Of a stretch of DNA of 64,000 nt, positions 31,236 to 41,302 are shown one piece after another (the first letter of the stretch is position 1; each line of letters opens with the position of its first letter). The notes under the pieces are model-generated. The model saw nothing but the letters and a program-made list of their open reading frames with translations. It was not told the origin of the DNA and ran no database searches. A program made the position numbers and the translations under genes. Location: the NCBI GenBank assembly GCA_029258725.1, contig JAPDKE010000006.1, positions 199 through 64,198 of the forward strand. The letters are read 5' to 3'. This stretch comes from a bacterium. GTDB taxonomy: Bacteria > Hydrothermota > UBA3072 > JAPDKE01.

Positions 31236-31935
31236 TTAAAATTTTGTCTTGAGAAGTTCAGAGTCGAGGAGCCTCCTCTCCACCTTTATCCAATCCGGTG
31301 GTATATCCACCTCAAAGGTTCCTTCAGAAAATGCGGGGTCAAATTCGATACTTTCACACTCATAGGTCTCGTGAATCAACATCAATCCTCCTGCTTCTAC
31401 CGTGTGTTCCTTCTTGAGAAGAAGATTTTTTTTCTTTATCAACCCAGTAGGTAAGGGTTACATATCCCTTATCATATTTTCCTCCGGTCTGGAGGACCTT
31501 ACAAACTCTGCCTGCTATTATATCCTCTCTTCCTGTCTCTTGTGGTGGAGGAAAAGGGTCCGTCCGGGAAGGGATTTTCCAGAATGGCTCCATCCCCGAC
31601 CCTTTTATCCCAAACCAGTGTGCCTGTTTTTGAGAGGAGAGAATCTGCCAGAGCACCTTTCCATCGTATATCCATTCCTCAGTCCGCCTTTCACCAGGAG
31701 GATTGGCTTCTGTCCATCTGGCAACCAAATGAAATCTTTTTCCATTTACTTCTATATATATCCTGGTTCTCACCGAATATGTGAACTGTCCCGAAATTTG
31801 AGATTTGTAAACCCACCTGCCCCTGAAACTTTTATCATCCGCATTTACCTTTTTTATAAATGACACTCCCTGTTTTACCCCTCCACATCCATAAATAAAG
31901 AGTATAAAAGAAAGCAAAGAAATTCTTTTAACCAT
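31236..31935 (-). pseudogene. LolA-like-fold lipoprotein split by a homopolymer frameshift
   Basis: ORFs 31360-31935 and 31236-31442 join into ...YWVDKEKNLLLKKEH...FEVDIPPD if the 8-T run at 31426-31433 is 7 T; IYGC lipobox. Confidence 0.65.
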
Positions 31936-32830
31936 CGTCCACCTCCTTTTCCTTTATCCTGATTATTTTGCTCCAGCTTTTTCCCCCATCCTCAGATTTT
32001 AAATAGAATACATGGTACTCAAGAGGGCGGAAAACAGCAGGGCTTGCTCCCTGAAAAATTAAATAGATAGTCCTGCCAGCGAAGATTATGTGAGGCTCCC
32101 TGACCATCACAGGTAATTCACCGGTTGTTTCGGTGTGCCAGTTTTTTCCTCTATCCTTTGAGCAAGATAAGAAGATAATGTTTTTCCTTTCCCCACCCAC
32201 ATAAACCAGCCATATGGTGCCATCCGGTCCAACCCCGATGGAAAGGTCTTCTCCCTCTCCAATCCGTATATCTTCACCCCAGTTTTCTCCCCCGTCATTG
32301 GAACTGCAGAAATAGATTCCCGATGCCCTGCATTCACCTGAAACGGCTGTCTCTTTTTCCTCTGACCATGCAACAAAGATATTCTTCCCCTCCATGGCAA
32401 TCACTGGATAATTTCTCTGGGCCGGGACATCCTCATTTACCGGAACCGGTTCAGTCCATGTGTTACAGTTATCCAGGGATTTTGTAAAGTAAACTGCTTT
32501 TTTCCCTTTACCGGTTCCAATATAAACCAGAGCAAATGTATTTCTGCCATCGGAGACCAGGGAATAACCCCATGCCTCATAAACTTCATGTTCGGGGATG
32601 GGAATCCTGCTAACCCTCTCCCAGCCCTTCCCATCCGTGGACCTATAAACAGATATCTCAGAACCATAAAGAACCCTCTCTTTGAACACTATTCTATATT
32701 GATTTCCCTTACCATCCTGAACCAGATTCCGCTTCCGGTAGCCGGTAAGAAGAAAATCACTTTCCCTTCTGCATCCTGAAAGGAACAAAACCACTCCCAA
32801 AAAGATTAATCCGGTTCTCAGCAATTTCAC
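31928..32830 (-). CDS. BNR/Asp-box (sialidase-like) lipoprotein
   Basis: LSGC lipobox and five Asp-boxes: STDGKGW, SLDNCNTW, SNDGGENW, SKDRGKNW and SEDGGKSW. Confidence 0.85.
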   Translation of the reverse strand: MKLLRTGLIFLGVVLFLSGCRRESDFLLTGYRKRNLVQDGKGNQYRIVFKERVLYGSEISVYRSTDGKGWERVSRIPIPEHEVYEAWGYSLVSDGRNTFALVYIGTGKGKKAVYFTKSLDNCNTWTEPVPVNEDVPAQRNYPVIAMEGKNIFVAWSEEKETAVSGECRASGIYFCSSNDGGENWGEDIRIGEGEDLSIGVGPDGTIWLVYVGGERKNIIFLSCSKDRGKNWHTETTGELPVMVREPHIIFAGRTIYLIFQGASPAVFRPLEYHVFYLKSEDGGKSWSKIIRIKEKEVDDG

Positions 32831-33570
32831 ATTGTCTCCTTATATCTGGTCCTTCTTGCAATGATACTGTATATGGTGCCTGCATATATCGTTTCATCTT
32901 CGTCAACCTGGTTGAGTATTTCAGTTGCCTGAGACAGCATCTCTCTTCTCAAATTTTCATTCCTGAGTTTCTTGCACTCATTTTCTATTACTTCAAGATG
33001 TTCTTCAAGCAGTTCTTTTTCCCATGGAGTTTTATCATACATCAATTCTATGGTTTCAATTCTCCAGCCCAGGAGTTTGAGTAAATCCGCGATGTATTCG
33101 GATGGATACCACACTAATGCAGGTTTACCATTTGTAAGGTAATAAACAGCATTTTCAATTCTAAATAGTTCCTCTACAATATGAGACCTCTCTGTTTGAT
33201 AACTGGATAAAGGATTATAGTCATTAACCACTATAAGTGCATTATTTTTTGCTACTCTTGTTAATTCTTTAAATATAAGAAACACATCTACAGGCGTAAC
33301 AACATTTACGAGCATATGGGCTGTTATAAGGTCTATTGTTTCATCTTCTAAGAAGTCCAATCTCCGCAAATCCGCTTTTATAAATCTGACATTTTTAATG
33401 TGCTTTTTGGGAAGCTCTTTGCGAGCGCAATCCAGGTGTTCTTGATTGTTGCTTATTGAATAAACTAACTTTGCTCCCCTTCTGGCTAAATAGCAAGTCA
33501 TGTGACCCGCACCAGTTCCCGCCTCGAGACATATCAGGCCCTTTATATTGAGCCTGTCCATTGCGCTCAT
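32827..33570 (-). CDS. Class I SAM-dependent methyltransferase
   Basis: CLEAGTGAG motif I and FIKADL. Confidence 0.85.
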   Translation of the reverse strand: MSAMDRLNIKGLICLEAGTGAGHMTCYLARRGAKLVYSISNNQEHLDCARKELPKKHIKNVRFIKADLRRLDFLEDETIDLITAHMLVNVVTPVDVFLIFKELTRVAKNNALIVVNDYNPLSSYQTERSHIVEELFRIENAVYYLTNGKPALVWYPSEYIADLLKLLGWRIETIELMYDKTPWEKELLEEHLEVIENECKKLRNENLRREMLSQATEILNQVDEDETIYAGTIYSIIARRTRYKETM

Positions 33571-33676
33571 GTCCCATCCTCCAATTTCAGCAATCCCCTA
33601 TTTGTGCCTATTGCTTTGCATAAAAATATGCAGGAAAAATCAAAAAGTCAAGTTAACGGATAAATGGATTTTTATT

Positions 33677-33703
33677 TGACAAACTCCAAAAAAAGTTTTA
33701 TGA
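33677..33703 (+). promoter_or_regulatory. Sigma70 promoter for fbp
   Basis: TTGACA followed ~16-17 nt later by TATGAT, then an AGGAGG RBS. Confidence 0.6.
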
Positions 33704-33725
33704 TGGGAAAAAAAGGAGGTGAAGG

Positions 33726-34820
33726 ATGAAGGTCACTTTTAGCGTTATAAAGGCGGATATTGGAGGATATGTTGGGCATTCCTCCATGCATCCTGAACTC
33801 AAGGAGGTTGCAAAGACCTCCCTTGAGGAGGCAAAGAAGAAGGGACTGCTTATTGATTTCTGTGTCCTCGCATGCGGGGACGACCTTGAACTCATAATGA
33901 CACACACAAAAGGGGTGGACAATTCCGAGATTCATGGACTTGCATGGGAAACATTCAAAAAGTGCACGGATAAGGCAAAGGAACTGAAACTCTATGGTGC
34001 AGGGCAGGACCTTCTTTCCGATGCATTTTCCGGAAATGTGAAGGGAATGGGACCCGGTGTTGCGGAGATGGAGTTTGAGGAGAGGAAGAGCGAGCCCGTT
34101 ATAGTTTTCATGGCGGACAAGACCTCACCCGGTGCCTGGAACATGATTCTCTACAAGATTTTTGCCGACCCCTTCAACACGGCAGGACTTGTCATTGACC
34201 CGTCCATGCACGATGGATTCAAATTTGAAATCCTTGATGTTTACGAGCACAAGGTTATAACCTTCTCCATGCCTGAGGAACTCTACGATATGCTTGTGTT
34301 TATCGGTGCTATGGAGCACTTCATAATAAAGAGGGTCTACAGAAAGAGGGATGGGGAGATAGCCGCTGTTTCATCCACCGAAAAACTCAACTTCCTTGCA
34401 GGAAAGTATGTTGGTAAGGATGACCCCGTGCTCGTTATAAGGTGCCAGTCCGGATTCCCTGCAGTGGGAGAGGTCCTTGAGCCATTTGCTTTCCCCCACA
34501 TGGTTGCGGGATGGATGAGGGGTTCCCATCACGGTCCCCTGATGCCGGTATCCTTCAGGGAGGCAAATCCATCAAGGTTTGATGGGCCTCCAAGAGTCAT
34601 AGGTGCAGGGTTCCAGCTTGCGGATGGAAAACTCATAGGGCCCAGGGATATGTTTGACGACCCATCCTTTGATGAGGCAAGAAGGATGGCAAATGTTATT
34701 TCGGACTACATAAGGAGACACGGTCCCTTTGAGCCTCACAGGCTGCCTTTGGAGGAGATGGAATACACAACACTTCCCCAGGTGATGGAGCGTCTCAAGG
34801 ACAGGTTTCAGAAAGCCTGA
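33726..34820 (+). CDS. fbp: Bifunctional fructose-1,6-bisphosphate aldolase/phosphatase (class V FBPase)
   Basis: SVIKADIGG, CGDD, LYGAGQDLL, ADKT, YVGKDDP, GWMRGSH and MEYTTLP. Confidence 0.97.
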   Translation: MKVTFSVIKADIGGYVGHSSMHPELKEVAKTSLEEAKKKGLLIDFCVLACGDDLELIMTHTKGVDNSEIHGLAWETFKKCTDKAKELKLYGAGQDLLSDAFSGNVKGMGPGVAEMEFEERKSEPVIVFMADKTSPGAWNMILYKIFADPFNTAGLVIDPSMHDGFKFEILDVYEHKVITFSMPEELYDMLVFIGAMEHFIIKRVYRKRDGEIAAVSSTEKLNFLAGKYVGKDDPVLVIRCQSGFPAVGEVLEPFAFPHMVAGWMRGSHHGPLMPVSFREANPSRFDGPPRVIGAGFQLADGKLIGPRDMFDDPSFDEARRMANVISDYIRRHGPFEPHRLPLEEMEYTTLPQVMERLKDRFQKA

Positions 34821-36072
34821 GGAGGTAAAGTCCAAGTCCCAGGATAAGGATTCCCAGAGTAAGGGATGGAAAAAGAGAAACCTCCGCCCTCCCCGCAGAT
34901 AAGGGGAGGGTGTAAAATATTTTTACAATTTTAAGGAAAAGCCCGGTTTCAAGTATGAGCAATTTTTCTGTCGGGATGCCGAGCATGAAAATAAAACCGG
35001 TTGCAAGAATGCATCCCAGAAGGGGAACGAGCAGGATATTGGAGAAAAGGGAAAGGCATGGAATGATACCAAAGAGATGGGAGGTTATGGGAAGGGTTCC
35101 CAGGGTGGCGGATATGGAGGCAGTTAAGGGATAGGTGAAGAAATTTTTTACCCATCTCTTTTTCACCTTCCTGAACAAAAACCGGTGAATGGGGTCGGAA
35201 AAAAGAAGAATGGATGTGGTTGCTGCGAAGGTTAACTGGAAGGAGGGGGTGTATAAGGAGAGGGGAGATATTAAAAGAAGAAAAACACCGGATATTCCCA
35301 GAAGATTCAGCATGGAGGATGGGCGTTCAATTAGAAAGGAGAGGGAGAAAAGGAGGGAGAGAAAAAAGGCTCTCAGAACAGGAATCCTTCCTCCTGAAAG
35401 CACGACATAAACGGCGGTGAAGAGGAGACAGAGGATTATTCTTTTCTTAAAAGGCACAAAGAAAAGGAATAAATAGAGCATGTAAAATGCAATCCCTATG
35501 TGAAGACCACTTACCGCAAGCAGATGAGCAAGACCCGTTTCCCTGAAGAGATAGTAAAATTCCCTTATTTTTTCTCTTTCTCCGGTGAGGAGTGCAAGGG
35601 CAATCCCATCGTGAGGGGATGGAAGAGAGGAGAGTCTTCTTTTCATTCTTTCCCTCATGACAAAAACAGGAAAAAGGGGAGTTATTTTTTCTTTGTTGAT
35701 TTTTACAACCCTGAATCTTCCATTAAACCTGCCCGAGAATTCAATCCATTTTCCTGGAGGGAGCCATTTTCCGTATGCATAAAAGGTCCCCGCTCCCGGA
35801 ATGTAGATTTTGTTCCTTTCCAGGGCAAGCCCTGAAAAGTGGAATTTTTCTGACAGTTCTTCTTCCTTTCTTTCCTTTACATGAAGCACAAGAGAGGAAT
35901 AGAAAAAGAAAGTGGAAAAAACAAGCATAAGGGAAGAATATTTCCATTTTTTAAGAAGAATAAGGGAAAGAAGAATTAGAGGAAAAGAACAGTAAAAAGG
36001 GAAAAAATACCCTCCCCCTCCTCCGAGAACAAGGAGGATGAATAAAACAAATCCCGGATACCTCCTTATCAT
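34795..36072 (-). CDS. comEC: ComEC/Rec2 competence membrane protein (no beta-lactamase domain)
   Basis: ALLTG, GLAHLLAVSGLH, VLRA and SFQLTF. Confidence 0.9.
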   Translation of the reverse strand: MIRRYPGFVLFILLVLGGGGGYFFPFYCSFPLILLSLILLKKWKYSSLMLVFSTFFFYSSLVLHVKERKEEELSEKFHFSGLALERNKIYIPGAGTFYAYGKWLPPGKWIEFSGRFNGRFRVVKINKEKITPLFPVFVMRERMKRRLSSLPSPHDGIALALLTGEREKIREFYYLFRETGLAHLLAVSGLHIGIAFYMLYLFLFFVPFKKRIILCLLFTAVYVVLSGGRIPVLRAFFLSLLFSLSFLIERPSSMLNLLGISGVFLLLISPLSLYTPSFQLTFAATTSILLFSDPIHRFLFRKVKKRWVKNFFTYPLTASISATLGTLPITSHLFGIIPCLSLFSNILLVPLLGCILATGFIFMLGIPTEKLLILETGLFLKIVKIFYTLPLSAGRAEVSLFPSLTLGILILGLGLYLLRLSETCP

Positions 36073-36437
36073 GAAAGGAGAGAATTCACATCCTGGGAGA
36101 GCTTCTTCAGTTCAAACCTGGCAAGCCCGAGGTTTTGAAGTTCTCCTCCGAGAAGGATAAAAACAAAGTAATCGGCATTCACCATCCTTGCAACAAGTGT
36201 CAGTTCCTTTGCCCTTACAAAGACTTCCTCAAAATCTCCTCCCTTGGCGTCCAGGGCAAGCCTTCTTGCCTCTGCAACAATGCTTGCAAGTTCTGCCTCT
36301 GCAATGGAGAGGTCAAGTTCTGCTTCTTCCTTTTTGAATTCCGCAACTGGAATCCCATCTATTCCAACCACCCCGGCCGCAACAGCACCCATAACCCTCC
36401 CAATTGCATCGTTCAGTCTTTCCTGAAGCTGCTCCAT
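36069..36437 (-). CDS. Roadblock/LC7 (MglB-like) protein
   Basis: VVGIDGIPV and NLGLARFELKK; 122 aa. Confidence 0.85.
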   Translation of the reverse strand: MEQLQERLNDAIGRVMGAVAAGVVGIDGIPVAEFKKEEAELDLSIAEAELASIVAEARRLALDAKGGDFEEVFVRAKELTLVARMVNADYFVFILLGGELQNLGLARFELKKLSQDVNSLLS

Positions 36438-36438
36438 C

Positions 36439-37059
36439 TCATCCCCCTTTCTTTTTGAATATCATACCAAATATTGACGATGATTTCAAGTCGTCTATTT
36501 CCCGCTGTATCTTTTTTGAGTGAGGATTTAGTTCCTTTGCCTCTTTTAAGACCTGAAGAGCAAGCCTCCTTTTCCCCAGTTCTTTGTAAACTATTCCAAG
36601 ATTGTAGCATATCTCCCATGAAAGTTTATCTTCATTGTAAGCCCTTTCACATTCTTCAAGACCTCTTTCCTTATGCCCTGTGAGGAAGAGAGAAAGACCG
36701 TAGTAACTCCTTATTATTGGCTTTGGATAAATCTGGAAGGCAGCCCTCAGGTACCGGTACGCCCTTTGAGGATTTTTCTTGATAAGGGAGATTCCTTCCT
36801 TCAATAACTTCTCTGCCTGTTTTCTTTTTTCCTTTTCAAGTTCATCCTCAAACTCACCCGATTTTAACTGCCTTATGTATTCCTTTCTCTTCTCGTCGTC
36901 TATAAGGGTCTCATATGCCTTTGTTATTAAGACAAACTTCTCCTCCATCCCCCTGTGGTGGTCAGGATGGTATAACTTGGCAAGCCTGAAGTAGGCTTTT
37001 TTAATCTCTTCCTTGGTCGCGTCCTCCTTAACGCCAAGCACCTTAAAGTAGTTTATCAT
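36439..37059 (-). CDS. J-domain + TPR protein
   Basis: NYFKVLGV..ATKEEIKKAY..HPD and C-terminal TPRs. Confidence 0.88.
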   Translation of the reverse strand: MINYFKVLGVKEDATKEEIKKAYFRLAKLYHPDHHRGMEEKFVLITKAYETLIDDEKRKEYIRQLKSGEFEDELEKEKRKQAEKLLKEGISLIKKNPQRAYRYLRAAFQIYPKPIIRSYYGLSLFLTGHKERGLEECERAYNEDKLSWEICYNLGIVYKELGKRRLALQVLKEAKELNPHSKKIQREIDDLKSSSIFGMIFKKKGG

Positions 37060-38186
37060 GGCAGAAACCTCTTTTTTCTCTCCAGAAATTTTCTGTATTC
37101 CCTATCAACGATCCGCTTTATCTTCTTTTTGAACTCCTCCTTCCCGAATTTCTTTGCATGTTTCACAAGAACATCCGGGTCGAATTTTCCAGGGTCAAAT
37201 CTTTTGACCGCCTCAACAAGTGCCTCCGGGGACTGAGGATGGAAGAAAGTACCGGTTTTTCCTTCTATCACAGATTCCACTGCACCCCCTCCACGAAATG
37301 CAATCACCGGTGTCCCACAGGCCTGTGCCTCCAGGGGAACAATTCCGAAATCCTCAAGGGTTGGAAATATAAGTGCCTGTGCCCTGCGGTAGTAAGAGGC
37401 AATTATTTTATCTCCCTCTCTTCCCTTCATATCTCCCAGGAAGTGTATGTTGGGACGTGCCATTCTCATAAGTCTCCCTTTTTCAGGACCATCCCCTATG
37501 ATAACAAGGGGTAGTCCAAGGCGGTTAAATGCCTCAACTGCTATGTCTATTCTCTTGTAAGGCTTGAGCCTGGAGACAACCAGGAAAAAGTCCTCTTTTT
37601 TTGTGGAAGGGTCGGGGGTGAAGGTCTCCGTATCCACCGGACAGTACACTACATCCGCATCCCTTCCATAGTATTTTTTAATCCTTTCCTTAACGATGGT
37701 TGATATGGCAATGAAGTGGTCAACCCTTCTGGAGGATGCAACATCCCATGTTCTCAGGTAATGGAGAACCGGAATGAGCAATCTCCTGTAAAACTTTCCT
37801 TTATTCTCAAGCGTGAGGTGGTACATATCCCATGCAAACCTCATGGGAGTATAACAATACGAGATGTGAAGGGTCCCGGGACCGGTTATTATCCCCTTCA
37901 CCCATGCGCTTGAATCGCTTATAACCAGGTCATACTCATCAAAGTTGAACGATTCCACAGCCAGGGGAAAAAGGGGGAGATATTTCTCATAATGCTTTTT
38001 CACAAAAGGGAGGTCGTTGAGAAACGATGTTCTTATATCCCAGTCCCTGAACCTGGGAGGCAAATTTTCAGGAGTGTGGATAATGGTATAGATGGGTGCA
38101 TCTGGAAAAAGTTCGCGCAATGCCTCAAGCACCCTTTCTGCCCCACCATACTGATTTAAATAGTCGTGGACCAGTGCAACCCTCAT
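37056..38186 (-). CDS. Glycosyltransferase family 4
   Basis: HDYLNQYGGAE and EDFGIVPLEAQACG. Confidence 0.92.
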   Translation of the reverse strand: MRVALVHDYLNQYGGAERVLEALRELFPDAPIYTIIHTPENLPPRFRDWDIRTSFLNDLPFVKKHYEKYLPLFPLAVESFNFDEYDLVISDSSAWVKGIITGPGTLHISYCYTPMRFAWDMYHLTLENKGKFYRRLLIPVLHYLRTWDVASSRRVDHFIAISTIVKERIKKYYGRDADVVYCPVDTETFTPDPSTKKEDFFLVVSRLKPYKRIDIAVEAFNRLGLPLVIIGDGPEKGRLMRMARPNIHFLGDMKGREGDKIIASYYRRAQALIFPTLEDFGIVPLEAQACGTPVIAFRGGGAVESVIEGKTGTFFHPQSPEALVEAVKRFDPGKFDPDVLVKHAKKFGKEEFKKKIKRIVDREYRKFLERKKRFLP

Positions 38187-39598
38187 TACCTGGATAGTTT
38201 TACAGAATAACCTGCCGATGTCAACATTTCGTACATCGTGCTTTTGTCTGGAGCACGCAGGTATGCCTCCTCAGGTTCTATTATCCCCTTTCTCACAAGT
38301 TCCATCAGTGCATCGTGCATGCTTATCATTCCGAGCTGTCTCTGGGTCTGGATGATGGAGGGAATCTGATATGTCTTCCCTTCCCTTATGAGATTTGAAA
38401 CCGCGGGTGTGACTATCAGTATCTCCATTGCCGCAACCCTCCCCCCTCCCTTTCTCTTGCAGAGGGTCTGGGAAATCACCGCCTTCAACTCACTTGCAAG
38501 CATTGTTCTTATCTGCTCCTGCTCCCCCTGAGGAAACTGGTCTATTATCCGGTCAACAGTGGTTGCCGCTGTCGTTGTGTGGAGGGTTGCGAATACAAGA
38601 TGACCTGTCTCTGCTGTTTCAAGCGCAATTTTCACGGTCTCAAGGTCTCGCATCTCTCCTATGAGGACAACATCCGGGTCTTCACGCAGGGCAGCCCTCA
38701 GCGCCCTTGCAAATGACTTTGTGTGGGTCCCCACCTCCCTCTGGGTGACAAGGCATTTTTTATTCTCATGAATAAATTCAATGGGGTCCTCAATGGTCAA
38801 AATGTGGTCATGGCGGGTTGAGTTTATGAGGTCTATGAGGGCACACAGGGTGGTTGATTTTCCACTGCCTGTTGGTCCTGTGACAAGAACAAGCCCCTTT
38901 GTGAGATAGCAGAGGTTCCTCACAGCAGCTGGAAGCTTGAGGTCATCGGCAGTCACCACCTTGTAGGGAATAAATCTGAATGCTCCTCCCATCCCCCTCC
39001 TCTCCATGTATACATTTACTCTGAACCTTGCAACTCCTTTTATTTCATATGAAAAGTCAGTTTCATGATGCTCGGCAAACTCCTTCTTGTACCTTTCCTC
39101 CATGATTCCAAAAAGCATCCTTTCGGTGTCTTCCGGAGTGAAGGAGGGAAAGTCCGTGAGTCTTACGAGGTCTCCATCCACCCTTATTATGGGAGGTTCT
39201 CCCGGGGTTATATGCAAATCAGACCCCTTTTTTTCAACAAGAACCTTTAAATATCTGTCTATCTCATTCTTTTCCTCCCACCCAACCTCTTCTTTCCCGG
39301 GAACTCTCTCAAAAACAGCCCATACCCTTCCTGCAACGTTTGATACCGTAACCCTGAAGGTGTCTATTCTTAATTTATAGGTCCTCTTGAGTTCTCTTGT
39401 GAGGTTTATCTCCTCCTCTATATTGGGAAAAATGCCATCGGAGAGGATGGTGATTATCTGCTGGTTTGTCAATTCCTGGGTTCCAAGTGCCCTTTTCTCC
39501 TTCCCTCTTTCCATCCATGGGACCTTCCCTGCCTCAAGGACAAGCCGCGTATATCCCTCCTCTATGAGTTTCTCAAGCAGTATATCTATTTTTGCCAT
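38186..39598 (-). CDS. pilT: Type IV pilus retraction ATPase PilT with an extra N-terminal PilT-N-like domain
   Basis: GPTGSGKST, EDPIE, LREDPD, GEMRD, TLHT and AVSNLIRE. Confidence 0.92.
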   Translation of the reverse strand: MAKIDILLEKLIEEGYTRLVLEAGKVPWMERGKEKRALGTQELTNQQIITILSDGIFPNIEEEINLTRELKRTYKLRIDTFRVTVSNVAGRVWAVFERVPGKEEVGWEEKNEIDRYLKVLVEKKGSDLHITPGEPPIIRVDGDLVRLTDFPSFTPEDTERMLFGIMEERYKKEFAEHHETDFSYEIKGVARFRVNVYMERRGMGGAFRFIPYKVVTADDLKLPAAVRNLCYLTKGLVLVTGPTGSGKSTTLCALIDLINSTRHDHILTIEDPIEFIHENKKCLVTQREVGTHTKSFARALRAALREDPDVVLIGEMRDLETVKIALETAETGHLVFATLHTTTAATTVDRIIDQFPQGEQEQIRTMLASELKAVISQTLCKRKGGGRVAAMEILIVTPAVSNLIREGKTYQIPSIIQTQRQLGMISMHDALMELVRKGIIEPEEAYLRAPDKSTMYEMLTSAGYSVKLSR

Positions 39599-40047
39599 GG
39601 ATGGACTCCCTTTATGTGTTCTCTGTTGACTATGAATATACCTTTTTGGGTTTTTACAGGGAAGAAGGTTTCGGAAAGGTTCAGAAAATCAAGCAACCTC
39701 ATCCGGTATGGAACCCTCTCTATCCCTATCTCCCCCTCTATCTCCCTTCCATCCACCATCACAATCTTTACCTTTTCCATCCTGGAGCCAGGGCAGAAGC
39801 AGAATCTCTCCTCCTGCACATCCTCCACCTCAACCATGAGGACATGCTTCTTATTCAAGAACTCAACCCCTTCCTCTGTCCCAAAGGCAAAGAAGGAATT
39901 TTCGTCATTGAAAAACTCAAGAACAGTTTCTCTTCCCTCATGATACCTGCTTGAGGGGCTGAGAAAAACATGCCCGGTCCTTTTCTCTCCCTCCCGGAGA
40001 AAGAGAACAACCCTTATCTTTTTCTTTTCTATCCTGAGACCTTCCAT
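39586..40047 (-). CDS. Hypothetical protein with two tandem internal repeats (DUF6812-like)
   Basis: Two ~70 aa halves share 'G....G.........R/T..(D/E)F.N...FF......N..H'. Confidence 0.65.
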   Translation of the reverse strand: MEGLRIEKKKIRVVLFLREGEKRTGHVFLSPSSRYHEGRETVLEFFNDENSFFAFGTEEGVEFLNKKHVLMVEVEDVQEERFCFCPGSRMEKVKIVMVDGREIEGEIGIERVPYRMRLLDFLNLSETFFPVKTQKGIFIVNREHIKGVHPWQK

Positions 40048-41301
40048 TCAGTAAGGAACTCCCTCTTTCACCACCCTTTCGGCCATCTCCTTTGCAAACC
40101 GGGGTAGAAGCCCCTTTTCTTTCAGAAGTTTTCTTATATGCTCAACAACGGCAGGGGTGTCTATCTCCATCGGGCAGTAAAGTCTGCATCTTCCACACAT
40201 GGTGCATGTGAAGGCAAGGGGGGCTGCCTCTTCAGGACCGCCAGCCACATAGTAGGTCCATGGTATTCCAATTCCTCCCATGTACTTGTATCCCCAGTAT
40301 CCGGTTGTTATGGGATAGACACAGCACTCATACATACATGCACCACATCTTATGCACCTTAAAGCCTGTTTTGCCACCGGGTCCTTAGCCATTTCCTTTC
40401 TTCCATTATCAAGCAGAATCACATGGAGTTCCTGTGGACCATGTGCACCATAGACCACGGTTTTTTCAATGTCTCCGGTCTTTGATGGACCTGATATCAT
40501 GGAAACATAGGTCATGGCAAGGTATCCTGCGTATCTTGCAACAACCTCAACCAGCCTCATTCCGTCCTTTAAAGTGGGCAGTATCTTTTCTATTCCTATG
40601 AGTGCTATGTGAACAGGAGGGGCGGAGGTTGAAAACCTTATATTTCCCTCATTCTCCACCAGAAATATCGTCCCGGTATCCGCAGTTATTGCATTTGCAC
40701 CCGTTATCCCGACATCCGCCTTAACGAACTTCTCCCTTAAATACTCCCTGGCAAACTTCGTGAGAAATGTGGGGTCATCAGGGAGTTCTTTTCCTGCAAG
40801 TTTTGAGAAGAGTTCGCTCACCTTCTCCCGCGGAATATTTACAGCCGGGGCGAGGATGTGCATTGGTCTTGAGCCAAGCAGCTGCACAATGAATTCTCCA
40901 AGGTCGGTCTCATAGACCTCATTTCCCCATTCCTCTAAGTGATGATTGAGGTCAAGTTCCTCAGAAGTTATTGACTTTCCCTTAACAATTGTCTTCCCGC
41001 TTCCTATTATCTTTTTCATTATCCCAAGCGCCTCCTCACTATCCTTTGCGTAGTACGCATGGGCGTGCATCTTCTCAAGGGAGGAAAGAGTGCGTTCAAC
41101 CCATGTATCAAAATTTTCTATAACCTCGTTTTTTGTCTCTATGAGTTTTTTCTTCTCCTCCTCAACATACGGGAAGGCATCAAGGGCTTTGTTCCTTGCA
41201 GAACGGAATGAATCAACAGCCCTTCTCAGTGCCTTCCTGGTAAACTCATCCCTTGTTATCCTGTATATCGTCTTCTTGAATTCCCTGTATTTCTTCTCCA
41301 T
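40048..41301 (-). CDS. lutB: Lactate utilization protein B (LUD domain + 4Fe-4S)
   Basis: ETDLGEFI, NEGN, ISGPSKTGDIE, CIRCGACMYEC and CTMCGRC..CP. Confidence 0.85.
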   Translation of the reverse strand: MEKKYREFKKTIYRITRDEFTRKALRRAVDSFRSARNKALDAFPYVEEEKKKLIETKNEVIENFDTWVERTLSSLEKMHAHAYYAKDSEEALGIMKKIIGSGKTIVKGKSITSEELDLNHHLEEWGNEVYETDLGEFIVQLLGSRPMHILAPAVNIPREKVSELFSKLAGKELPDDPTFLTKFAREYLREKFVKADVGITGANAITADTGTIFLVENEGNIRFSTSAPPVHIALIGIEKILPTLKDGMRLVEVVARYAGYLAMTYVSMISGPSKTGDIEKTVVYGAHGPQELHVILLDNGRKEMAKDPVAKQALRCIRCGACMYECCVYPITTGYWGYKYMGGIGIPWTYYVAGGPEEAAPLAFTCTMCGRCRLYCPMEIDTPAVVEHIRKLLKEKGLLPRFAKEMAERVVKEGVPY

Positions 41302-41302
41302 A

